From NCBI RefSeq assembly GCF_016127575.1, contig NZ_CP066019.1, positions 1,830,001 through 1,862,000 of the forward strand: a DNA stretch of 32,000 bases, given 5' to 3'. Both the position numbers and the translations under genes were made by a program. Origin of the DNA: Cupriavidus necator. GTDB taxonomy: Bacteria; Pseudomonadota; Gammaproteobacteria; Burkholderiales; Burkholderiaceae. This document shows positions 20,484 through 28,564 of this stretch, in pieces. The notes beneath the pieces are model-generated. The model saw nothing but the letters and a program-made list of their open reading frames with translations, did not search any database and was not told where the DNA came from. How positions within the stretch are numbered: position 1 is the stretch's first letter; each line of letters begins with the position of its first letter.

Positions 20484-21635
20484 TCAGGCCGGTACGGCTT
20501 CGCGCCCCGCGCGCGTGCGGGCAATGATGGTCTTCATGATCTGTGCCGTGCCGTCGCCGATCTGGAAGCCCAGCACATCGCGCAGGCGCTGCTCCATCAC
20601 GCCGCGGTCATAACCACCGTGGCCGAACGACAGCAGGCACTGGTGCACCACGTCGTACGCCAGCCTGGGCGCCCACCACTTGCACATCGCCGCCTCGGCG
20701 GTATGCGGCAGGCCACGGTCCTTGAGCCACAGCGTCTGCAGGCACAGCAGGCGCGCACCCTGCACCTGGGTCTCGAAATCGGCCAGCGGATGCGACACGC
20801 CCTGGAAGGCCGACAGCGGCTTGCCGAAGGCCTGGCGCTCGGCCACGTAGGCCCAGGTCTCGTCCAGCGCGGCCTGCGCCACCGCCAGCACCTGCAGGCC
20901 GATCAGCGCGCGCGAGAAGTCGAAGCCCTGCATCACCTGCACGAACCCCTCCCCCTCCTTGCCGAGCAGGTGGCTGGCCGGCACGCGCACGTTCTCGAAG
21001 AAGATCGAGCCGCGCCCGATGGCGCGCTGGCCGTGGCAGTCGAAGCGGTTGCGCGTGATGCCCGGCAGGTCCATCGGCACCAGCAGCGCAGACACGCCGC
21101 GCGCGCCGGACTCGACGGTGCCGCTGCGGGCAAAGACCACCGCGGCATCGGCCTGGTCGGCGGCGGAGATCGAGGTCTTCTCGCCGTTGAGCACGTAGAC
21201 GTCGCCATCGCGCTCCATGCGCAGGCGCAGGCTGGCCGCGTCGGAGCCGCCGCGCGGCTCGGTCAGCGCGATTGCCAGCAGCGCCTCGCCGCGCGTCAGG
21301 CGCTGCAGCCACGGTCCGGCGATTTCCGGCTGTGCATGGTGCGCCAGGATCTGGCCATTGAGCGACGCGAGCAAGTTGATGTACGACAGGCTCAGGTCGG
21401 CACGCGCCACGGCTTCATGGATCACGCCGGCGGCCAATGAGCCCATGCCCTGCCCGCCATACTGCTCCGGCAGTTCGGGCGCGATAAAGCCCATCTCGCC
21501 CATTTCGCGCATCAGCGCGCGGTCCAGCACGCGGGTGCGGTCGCGCTCCAGGTAGCCGGGCGCCACGCGCGCATCGGCAAAGCGGCGCGCGTGCTCGGCC
21601 AGCGCCGTCAGGTCTTCGTCAAGATAGGGATTCAT
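20484..21635 (-). CDS. aliB: Acyl-CoA dehydrogenase, cyclohexanecarboxyl-CoA dehydrogenase-like
   Basis: The sequence is ACAD-family throughout. I prefer ATG 21635 (MNPYLDEDL), preceded by GGAGACCACC, over the track's GTG at 21662. Confidence 0.8.
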   Translation of the reverse strand: MNPYLDEDLTALAEHARRFADARVAPGYLERDRTRVLDRALMREMGEMGFIAPELPEQYGGQGMGSLAAGVIHEAVARADLSLSYINLLASLNGQILAHHAQPEIAGPWLQRLTRGEALLAIALTEPRGGSDAASLRLRMERDGDVYVLNGEKTSISAADQADAAVVFARSGTVESGARGVSALLVPMDLPGITRNRFDCHGQRAIGRGSIFFENVRVPASHLLGKEGEGFVQVMQGFDFSRALIGLQVLAVAQAALDETWAYVAERQAFGKPLSAFQGVSHPLADFETQVQGARLLCLQTLWLKDRGLPHTAEAAMCKWWAPRLAYDVVHQCLLSFGHGGYDRGVMEQRLRDVLGFQIGDGTAQIMKTIIARTRAGREAVPA

Positions 21636-21665
21636 GGTGGTCTCCGCTGGTTCGGACGGCACGGC

Positions 21666-22448
21666 TTACTTCGCGTACTTGCGGAACTCGGGCTTGCGCT
21701 TTTCCTGGAAAGCGCGCACGCCTTCGCGCGATTCCTCGGTGTCGTAATAGAGCTTGAGCGCGTACATGCCCATGCCGGCGATGCCGCTCTGGTGCGCGGT
21801 ATCGAGATTGAAGGAGCGCTTGGCAATGGCGATCGCGGTGGGACTCTTCTCCATGATCTCGTCGCACCACTTCTGTACCTCGGCATCGAGCTGCTCGTGC
21901 GGCACCACCGCATTGACCAGCCCCATTGCCAGCGCTTCCGCGGCCGGATAGCGGCGGCACAGGTACCAGATCTCGCGCGCCTTCTTCTCGCCCACCACGC
22001 GCGCCAGGAAGGCGGTGCCGTAGCCCGGGTCGACCGAACCGACCTTGGGCCCGACCTGCCCGAATACGGCCTTGTCCGACGCGATGGTGAAATCGCAGAT
22101 CGTGCACAGCACGTTGCCGCCGCCCACGGCATAGCCCTGCACGCGCGCGATCACCGGCTTGGGCACGTCGCGGATGGCGTTGTGCAGTTCTTCCATCGGC
22201 AGGCCGATGGTGCCGCGGCCGTCGTACTGGCCCTCGTGCGCGGACTGGTCGCCGCCGGTGCAGAAGGCCTTTTCGCCGGCACCGGCCAGCACGATGGCGC
22301 CGATCTCGCGGTCATAGCCGGCGCGGTTGATGGCGTGGATCAGTTCGTCGCAGGTGCGCCCGCGGAAGGCGTTCATCTTTTCCGGGCGGTTGATGAGGAT
22401 CCAGGCGGCGCCGTTGCGCACTTCGTACAGGATGTCTTCGTATTGCAT
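21666..22448 (-). CDS. badI: MenB/BadI-type crotonase, 2-ketocyclohexanecarboxyl-CoA hydrolase-like (ring-cleaving)
   Basis: The 260-aa product has YEDILYE, FCTGGDQS, GYAVGGGNVL, GPKVGSVDPGYG and C-terminal EGVRAFQEKRKPEF. This is the MenB/BadI pattern rather than that of a plain enoyl-CoA hydratase. The RBS is GGAGACCACC. Confidence 0.8.
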   Translation of the reverse strand: MQYEDILYEVRNGAAWILINRPEKMNAFRGRTCDELIHAINRAGYDREIGAIVLAGAGEKAFCTGGDQSAHEGQYDGRGTIGLPMEELHNAIRDVPKPVIARVQGYAVGGGNVLCTICDFTIASDKAVFGQVGPKVGSVDPGYGTAFLARVVGEKKAREIWYLCRRYPAAEALAMGLVNAVVPHEQLDAEVQKWCDEIMEKSPTAIAIAKRSFNLDTAHQSGIAGMGMYALKLYYDTEESREGVRAFQEKRKPEFRKYAK

Positions 22449-22478
22449 GGTGGTCTCCGTTTTCTGGTGTTTGCTTGC

Positions 22479-23246
22479 TCAGCCGTTCATGGTCAGGCCG
22501 CCCGACACGCTCAGCACCTGGCCGGTGATAAAGCCGGCGTCGTCGCTGGCAAAGAACAGCACTGCGCCGGGCAGGTCGTCGGGCTGGCCGATGCGGCCCA
22601 GCGGGATCGAGCGGGTAAAGGCTTCCACCAGCTTCTCGGGGTTGCCCGCACCCTGCTTGTAGTCTTCGAACAGCGCGGTCTCGGTCGGCCCTGGGCACAC
22701 CACGTTGACGGTGATGCCGTGGCGCGCATGTTCGCGGGCAATCGTCTTGGAGAACGACACCAACCCACCCTTGCATGCGGCATAGACCGCCTCGCCGGAC
22801 GAACCCACGCGCGCCGCGTCCGAGGCAATGCTGACGATGCGTCCGCGCCGGCGCGCGACCATGCCCGGCAGCACCGCGTGGTGCATGTGCAGCGCGCCGA
22901 TCAGGTTGATGGCGATCAGCCGATCCCATTGCGCGGGCTCGGTCTTGATGAATGGCTTGAACACATCCCAGCCGGCGTTGTTGACCAGCACGTCCACCGG
23001 GCCCAGGCCCTGCTCCACTGCCGCCACCGCGGCATCCACGCTGGCGCGCTCGGTGATGTCGCAGCGGATCGCCAGCGCCCGCCCGCCAGCCTCGCGGATC
23101 TGGCCGGCGACGCGCTCGGCCGCTTCCGGGTTAAGGTCGAGTACGCCCACCGCCGCCCCGGCGCGCGCAAAGCGCAAACACGTTGCACCGCCGATACCAC
23201 CGCCACCACCGGTCACGATGACCGTCTTGCCTTCAAGTCCTTGCAC
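22479..23246 (-). CDS. badH: Short-chain dehydrogenase/reductase, 2-hydroxycyclohexanecarboxyl-CoA dehydrogenase-like
   Basis: The 255-aa product has the TGGGGGIG Rossmann motif and the YAACKGG catalytic Tyr-Lys. It uses a GTG start with an AAGGAGA RBS 6 nt upstream. Confidence 0.8.
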   Translation of the reverse strand: MQGLEGKTVIVTGGGGGIGGATCLRFARAGAAVGVLDLNPEAAERVAGQIREAGGRALAIRCDITERASVDAAVAAVEQGLGPVDVLVNNAGWDVFKPFIKTEPAQWDRLIAINLIGALHMHHAVLPGMVARRRGRIVSIASDAARVGSSGEAVYAACKGGLVSFSKTIAREHARHGITVNVVCPGPTETALFEDYKQGAGNPEKLVEAFTRSIPLGRIGQPDDLPGAVLFFASDDAGFITGQVLSVSGGLTMNG

Positions 23247-23313
23247 AGCGTTCTCCTTTCAGGATTCCGGTGCTATCGTGCCGGCCATGACGCCGTCACA
23301 TCGCACCGCCAAT

Positions 23314-23333
23314 TAGGTAAATATATTTACCTA
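23314..23333. promoter_or_regulatory. 20-bp perfect palindrome, candidate MarR operator in the badH/badR divergent spacer
   Basis: TAGGTAAATATATTTACCTA is its own reverse complement. It lies in the 103-bp spacer, abutting a TATAAT hexamer (23332-23337) and the AGGAGG RBS of the MarR gene. Confidence 0.6.
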
Positions 23334-23349
23334 TAATAGGAGGCAGCCA

Positions 23350-23907
23350 TTGCCTGCGCAAGACGCCAACACTGTGAAAAAGACTATGGTTAACCCGGAC
23401 GTAGAAGTAGAACTCCCCACAAACGCGCGCATGGAACTGGCCAACCGGCTTTTCTTCCGGCTATACCAATGCGCAAATATGTTGCATAAAACGGGATCAC
23501 GAGCCGTCGAGGCAGAGGGCCTGACGACGCAGCAGTGGGCCGTGCTCGGCGCGTTGTCGCGTCCGGAAGCCGCCGATGGCATGAGCGTGGGCGACCTGGC
23601 CCGCTACCTGATGGTGAGCCGGCAAAACCTGTCAGGACTGGTCAGCCGGATGGAACGCGACGGCCACGTCACGCTGGCCCCGGACGGCCGCGACCGCCGC
23701 TCACGGCTGATACGGATGAGCGAACCGGGCCGGGAGGTCTGGCTGCACCAGGCGCAGCCGAAGATCCGGGCCTATTACGAGCAGGCGCTGACGGGGTTTT
23801 CTACCAATGACCTGACGCACACGCTGCATTACCTGCTCAAGTTGCTGGACAACATGCGTGCGCTCGACACGCCCGACAGCGCAGACGGTGGCAGCCCAGG
23901 GGACTGA
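23350..23907 (+). CDS. badR: MarR-family transcriptional regulator (BadR-like)
   Basis: The 185-aa product has a winged-helix region, LTTQQWAVLGAL...VGDLARYLMVSRQNLSGLVSRMERDGHV. It uses a TTG start with a perfect AGGAGG 6 nt upstream. It is divergent from the bad/ali operon. Confidence 0.85.
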   Translation: MPAQDANTVKKTMVNPDVEVELPTNARMELANRLFFRLYQCANMLHKTGSRAVEAEGLTTQQWAVLGALSRPEAADGMSVGDLARYLMVSRQNLSGLVSRMERDGHVTLAPDGRDRRSRLIRMSEPGREVWLHQAQPKIRAYYEQALTGFSTNDLTHTLHYLLKLLDNMRALDTPDSADGGSPGD

Positions 23908-24181
23908 GTCGCACGCAGTATCGCAACTGAAACACACCGGCACACACCGGCCGGCTGGAACAGCCGAGCGCGCGTCCGCGATCCGCATCCTGGCCTGCCG
24001 CGCCGACTGGCGCGCAATATGCGTTGGCATGAAGTTGCTCAGACATCGCGAGCATCAACGGTGAGGCGCCATGCCATTCGCGCCTCGCCACGCCCCGAAG
24101 CCCTGAACCACTGCCCCGGCCGCTTGCCCCATGCACGCCGCCGGGACGGCGACCGATCCAACCATAACCGGAGGTCCCGCC

Positions 24182-24475
24182 ATGACCCGCTACATCGTGC
24201 TAGCCAGCTTCACCGACCAGGGCATCCGCACCGTCAAGGACACCACCAAGCGCGCGGCCGCCGTGCGCGAGATGGGGGCACGCCTGGGCGTGCAGATGAA
24301 AGACATCTACTGGACGCTGGGCGAATACGACATCGTGCTCACCGTCGAAGCGCCCGACGACGAGACCATGACCAGCTTCGGGCTGACCATCGGCGCAGCC
24401 GGCAACGTGCGCACCCAAACCCTGCGCGCCTTCAATAGCGACGAGATGCAGAGCATCCTCGGCAAGATGGGCTGA
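24182..24475 (+). CDS. GYD-domain protein (small, function unknown)
   Basis: The internal ATG of track ORF 24131..24475 is preceded by GGAGG. The sequence is MTRYIVLASFTDQGIRTVKDTTKRAAA...WTLGEYDIVLTVEAPDDETM, typical of the GYD family. Confidence 0.8.
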   Translation: MTRYIVLASFTDQGIRTVKDTTKRAAAVREMGARLGVQMKDIYWTLGEYDIVLTVEAPDDETMTSFGLTIGAAGNVRTQTLRAFNSDEMQSILGKMG

Positions 24476-24500
24476 CCCCTGCCCCGGGAACGCACAACGC

Positions 24501-24535
24501 CCGCCGGGGCATCCCGGCGGACGTTGTCGTTTGCC
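24501..24535 (+). terminator. Hairpin with a T-rich tail after the GYD gene, between convergent genes
   Basis: CCGCCGGG-GCAT-CCCGGCGG (8-bp stem) is followed by ACGTTGTCGTTTG. Confidence 0.5.
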
Positions 24536-24552
24536 GGGCGCGGCACGCCGGC

Positions 24553-25569
24553 TCAGAACCCTTCCAGCACCAGCTTGCCGATAGTGCGCCCGCCTTCCAG
24601 CATGGCGTGCGCGCGCCGCAGGTTCTCCGCATTGATGCGCCCCAGGTTCTCGCCCAGCGTGGTCTGCAGGCGCCCGGCATCGACCAGCCGCGTGACCTCG
24701 TTAAGCAGACGATGCTGCGCGACCATGTCGGGCGTGCTGTACATGGCGCGCGTGAACATGAATTCCCAGACGAAGGTGGCGCTCTTGTTCTTGAGCAATT
24801 CCACCGGCAACGGCCGCGTATTTGCGACGATCGTGCAGATCTTGCCCTGCGGGGCGACCACTTCAGCCATCGCCGGGAAATGCCCGTCGATGTCGTTGAA
24901 GCAGAGGATGTAGTCGACCTCGGCAAATCCCAGCGCCTTCAGCTGCGCCGGCAGATCGCCACGATGGTCAACCGTATGGTCGGCGCCAAGGCGGCGGCAC
25001 CATTCCTGCGACTCGGGCCGCGACGCGGTGGCGATCACGGTCAGCCCGGCCAGCACCTTGGCCAGCTGGATGCCGATCGAGCCCACGCCGCCCGCGCCGC
25101 CGATGATCAGCACCGGGCGCCCGGCGTGATCCCCATTGGGCGAAATGCCCAGCCGGTCGAACAGAGCCTCCCAGGCGGTGATCGCCGTCAGCGGCAGCGC
25201 CGCCGCGTTGGCGAAATCCAGCGAGGCAGGCTTGTGGCCGACGATGCGCTCATCGACCAGGTGGAACTCGGCGTTGGAGCCGGACCGAGTGATGCTGCCC
25301 GCGTAGTAGACCGGGTCGCCGACCTTGAACAGGGTCACCTCCGGCCCCACGGCGGCCACCGTGCCGGCCGCGTCCCAGCCCAGCACGCGCGGCGCGGGCT
25401 CTACCTGCGCCTTGGGCGCGCGCACCTTGGTGTCGACCGGGTTGACCGAGACGGCCTCAACCTTCACCAGCAGGTCGCGGCCGCCGGGGCTGGGCATGTC
25501 GATCTCCACGTCTTGCAGCGAACGCGGGTCGGAGATGGGCAGGTACTGGGTCAGGCCGATGGCTTTCAT
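24553..25569 (-). CDS. Zinc-binding alcohol dehydrogenase / quinone oxidoreductase family protein
   Basis: The internal ATG 25569 (MKAIGLTQYLP...) is preceded by GGAG. The sequence is MDR-family, with VKVEAVSVNPVD and the GGAGGVGS nucleotide-binding loop. Confidence 0.85.
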   Translation of the reverse strand: MKAIGLTQYLPISDPRSLQDVEIDMPSPGGRDLLVKVEAVSVNPVDTKVRAPKAQVEPAPRVLGWDAAGTVAAVGPEVTLFKVGDPVYYAGSITRSGSNAEFHLVDERIVGHKPASLDFANAAALPLTAITAWEALFDRLGISPNGDHAGRPVLIIGGAGGVGSIGIQLAKVLAGLTVIATASRPESQEWCRRLGADHTVDHRGDLPAQLKALGFAEVDYILCFNDIDGHFPAMAEVVAPQGKICTIVANTRPLPVELLKNKSATFVWEFMFTRAMYSTPDMVAQHRLLNEVTRLVDAGRLQTTLGENLGRINAENLRRAHAMLEGGRTIGKLVLEGF

Positions 25570-25681
25570 GGCGGGCTCCGGGTTGTGTAGGGAATGAACC
25601 GAAGCGTAGCCTGTCACGATTGATTTGATTAGCCGGAAGCTACAGCAATCAATTTCCCGAAACTCCGGATAATCACCCAAC

Positions 25682-25717
25682 AAAAAGGGCCGCCTGCGCT
25701 ACCCGCGCAGACGGCCC
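25682..25717 (-). terminator. Intrinsic terminator downstream of the formate dehydrogenase alpha gene
   Basis: The minus-strand RNA is GGGCCGUCUGCGC-GGGUA-GCGCAGGCGGCCC followed by UUUUUGUUGGG. This is a 13-bp stem with one G-U wobble. The same position would be a C-A mismatch in plus-strand RNA, so the hairpin favours the minus orientation. Confidence 0.75.
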
Positions 25718-25738
25718 CGCCAGGGCTTGCCGTCGGCC

Positions 25739-28555
25739 CTACACCGCCGCCAGGATCTGCCCGCCGCCGTAGCTCGACTGCTCCGGCGGCGCGCCGCCCA
25801 GTGCCATCTTCACCGCGCAGTACTTGAACTCCGGGATCTTGCCGAAGGGGTCCAGTGCCGCATTGGTCAGCTTGTTGATCGCCGCCTCGTAATAGCAGAA
25901 CGGCACGAACACCGCCCCGCGCGGCGTGCCGGCATCGGCCCGCGCGTACAGCGTGACTTCGCCGCGGCGCGATGCCAGCGTGACCACGTCGCCCGGCTTG
26001 CCGCCCAGCGCGTCCAGGTCCAGCGGGTGCACCAGCGCCACCGGATCGGGCTCGATCGCATCCAGCACGCCGGCGCGCCGCGTCATGCTGCCGGTGTGCC
26101 AGTGCTCGAGCTGGCGGCCGGTGATCAGCACCATCGGGTAGTCGATATCGGGCCGCTCGGCTGCCGGGATGATGTCGGCCGGCACGAAGCGCCCCCGGCC
26201 GCTGGCGGTCGGGAAGCTGTCGATAAAGATCACCGGTTCGCCCGGGTCGCCCTCTTCCTTGCACGGATAAGTCACTGCGTGTTCGCGCTCCAGCCGCTCC
26301 CAGGTCACGCCGCCGATGCTGGGCATGGCCTGGCGCATCTCGTCGAAGACCTCGGCCACGCCGTCGTAGTGCCAGTCCAGCCCCAGCTGCGCCGCCATCT
26401 GCTGGATGATCCACAGGTCCTGGCGCGCCTGCCCCGGCGGGTTCAATGCCTGGCGGCCGAGCTGGACGGTGCGGTCGGTGTTGGTGAAGGTGCCGGTCTT
26501 CTCCGGGAAGGCCGAAGCCGGCAGCACCACGTCGGCCAGGTAGGCGGTCTCGGTCAGGAAAATGTCCTGCACCACCAGGTGGTCGAGCGAGGCCAGCGCC
26601 TGGCGCGCATGCTCGGCGTCGGGGTCTGACATCGCCGGGTTCTCACCCATGATGTACATGCCGCGCACCTCGCCGCGCTCGATCGCCTGCATCACCTCGA
26701 CCACGGTCAGGCCGGGCTGGCGGTCCAGCGGCATGCCCCACAGCGCCTCGAAGCTGGCGATCGCCACGGGATCGTCCACGCGGCGGTAGTCCGGGTACAT
26801 CATCGGGATCAGGCCGGCATCGGACGCGCCCTGCACGTTGTTCTGGCCGCGCAGCGGATGCAGGCCGGTGCCGGGGCGGCCGATCTGGCCGGTCATCAGC
26901 GCCAGCGCGATCAGGCAGCGCGCGTTGTCAGTGCCGTGCACGTGCTGCGACACGCCCATGCCCCACAGGATCATCGAGGCCTTGGACGTGGCATACAGCC
27001 GCGCCACCTCGCGGATGACTTCGGCCTCGATGCCGCACACCGGCGCCATCAGTTCCGGGCTGTACGCCGCGACATTGCGCTGCAGCTCGTCAAAGCCGAT
27101 GGTGCGGCTGTCGATGAAGTCCTGGTCCACCAGGCCCTCGGTGACGATGACATGCATCATCGCGTTGAGCAGCGCCACGTCGGCATCGGGCTTGAACTGC
27201 ATGAAGCGATGGGCAAAGCGCGCCAGGTCCGAGCGGCGCGGATCTGCCACGATCAGCTTGGTGCCGTTCTTCACCGCATTCTTGATCCAGCTGGCCGCGA
27301 CCGGGTGGTTCACGGTCGGGTTGGCGCCGATCACGATCACCACCTCGGCCTTGTCGACATCCATCACCGGGTTCGATACCGCGCCCGAGCCGATCCCCTC
27401 CAGCAGCGCCGCCACCGACGAGGCATGGCACAGCCGCGTGCAGTGGTCGACGTTGTTGCTGCCAAACCCGGTGCGCACCAGCTTCTGGAACAGGTAGGCC
27501 TCTTCATTGCTGCCCTTGGCCGAGCCAAACCCTGCCAGCGCGCGCTTGCCGTGGGTGTCGCGGATCTGCGCGAGCTTGCCGCCAGCCAGCGCCAGCGCCT
27601 CTTCCCAGGTGGCCTCGCGGAACACGTCCATGACGTGGTCCGGATCCATGACGAAATCGCCCTGCTTGGGCACGCCTTCGCGGCGCACCAGCGGCACCGT
27701 CAGGCGCTGCGGATGCTGCACGTAGTCAAAACCGTAGCGGCCCTTCACGCACAGCCGCTCGTGGTTGGCCGGGCCATCGCGCCCTTCCACGAACAGGATG
27801 CGGTTGTCCTTGATGTTGTAGGTCAGCTGGCAGCCCACGCCGCAGTACGGGCAGACCGAGTCCACCTGCTTGTCCGGCACCGCCAGCGCGGCGTCGCGCG
27901 CGGGCATCAGCGCACCGGTCGGGCAGGCCTGCACGCATTCGCCGCAGGCCACGCAGGTCGACACGCCCATGGGGTCGTCCATGTCGAACACGATGCGGGC
28001 TTCGTCGCCGCGCAGGGCCAGGCCGATCACGTCGTTGACCTGCTCGTCGCGGCAGGCACGCAGGCAGCGCGTGCACTGGATGCAGGCATCCAGGTTGACG
28101 GCGATGGCCGGATGCGACAAATCCGCCGCCACGCGTTCGCGCGGGGCAAAGCGCGGCTTGCCGACCTCCAGCTTCGCGGCCCACTGGTCCAGCTCGTTGT
28201 GGCGGGTGTAGTCGGTCTCGGGCATGTCCGACTGCAGCAGTTCCAGCACCGTGCGCTGAGCGCGGCGGGCGCGCTCGGATTCGGTCTGCACCTGCATGCC
28301 CTCGGCGGGATAGCGGCAGCAGGACGGGGCCAGCACGCGCTCGCCCTGGATCTCGACCATGCAGGCGCGGCAGTTGCCGGCGGGCTCCAGGCCGTCCTTG
28401 TAGCACAGGTGCGGCACGTCGAAGCCTTCGCGCTGGGCCACCTTGAGCAGGCTTTCGCCGGGCTGGGCGCTCACCTCGCGGCCATTGAGCGTGAAGGTGA
28501 CGGCTGGCTCGGCGGATTCGACAAGCGCGCGTTCGGCGCGGGTCAGTGCATTCAT
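25739..28555 (-). CDS. fdwA: NAD-linked formate dehydrogenase alpha subunit (Mo/W-bis-MGD, multiple Fe-S)
   Basis: The 938-aa product has an N-terminal 2Fe-2S/4Fe-4S ferredoxin region (GNCRACMVE, CIQCTRCLRAC, CVACGECVQACP). It also has the MopB cluster CPYCGVGC and the active-site context TRLCHASS, which is Cys with no in-frame TGA. The symbol comes from my recollection of the two-subunit fdwAB enzyme of Cupriavidus necator and is not verified. Confidence 0.85.
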   Translation of the reverse strand: MNALTRAERALVESAEPAVTFTLNGREVSAQPGESLLKVAQREGFDVPHLCYKDGLEPAGNCRACMVEIQGERVLAPSCCRYPAEGMQVQTESERARRAQRTVLELLQSDMPETDYTRHNELDQWAAKLEVGKPRFAPRERVAADLSHPAIAVNLDACIQCTRCLRACRDEQVNDVIGLALRGDEARIVFDMDDPMGVSTCVACGECVQACPTGALMPARDAALAVPDKQVDSVCPYCGVGCQLTYNIKDNRILFVEGRDGPANHERLCVKGRYGFDYVQHPQRLTVPLVRREGVPKQGDFVMDPDHVMDVFREATWEEALALAGGKLAQIRDTHGKRALAGFGSAKGSNEEAYLFQKLVRTGFGSNNVDHCTRLCHASSVAALLEGIGSGAVSNPVMDVDKAEVVIVIGANPTVNHPVAASWIKNAVKNGTKLIVADPRRSDLARFAHRFMQFKPDADVALLNAMMHVIVTEGLVDQDFIDSRTIGFDELQRNVAAYSPELMAPVCGIEAEVIREVARLYATSKASMILWGMGVSQHVHGTDNARCLIALALMTGQIGRPGTGLHPLRGQNNVQGASDAGLIPMMYPDYRRVDDPVAIASFEALWGMPLDRQPGLTVVEVMQAIERGEVRGMYIMGENPAMSDPDAEHARQALASLDHLVVQDIFLTETAYLADVVLPASAFPEKTGTFTNTDRTVQLGRQALNPPGQARQDLWIIQQMAAQLGLDWHYDGVAEVFDEMRQAMPSIGGVTWERLEREHAVTYPCKEEGDPGEPVIFIDSFPTASGRGRFVPADIIPAAERPDIDYPMVLITGRQLEHWHTGSMTRRAGVLDAIEPDPVALVHPLDLDALGGKPGDVVTLASRRGEVTLYARADAGTPRGAVFVPFCYYEAAINKLTNAALDPFGKIPEFKYCAVKMALGGAPPEQSSYGGGQILAAV

Positions 28556-28564
28556 GTCAGTCTC

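Noticed and set aside
25739-28555. Selenocysteine recoding in the FDH alpha subunit
   Set aside because: The ORF is uninterrupted, and the active-site context reads TRLCHASS with Cys. There is no in-frame TGA and no SECIS need.
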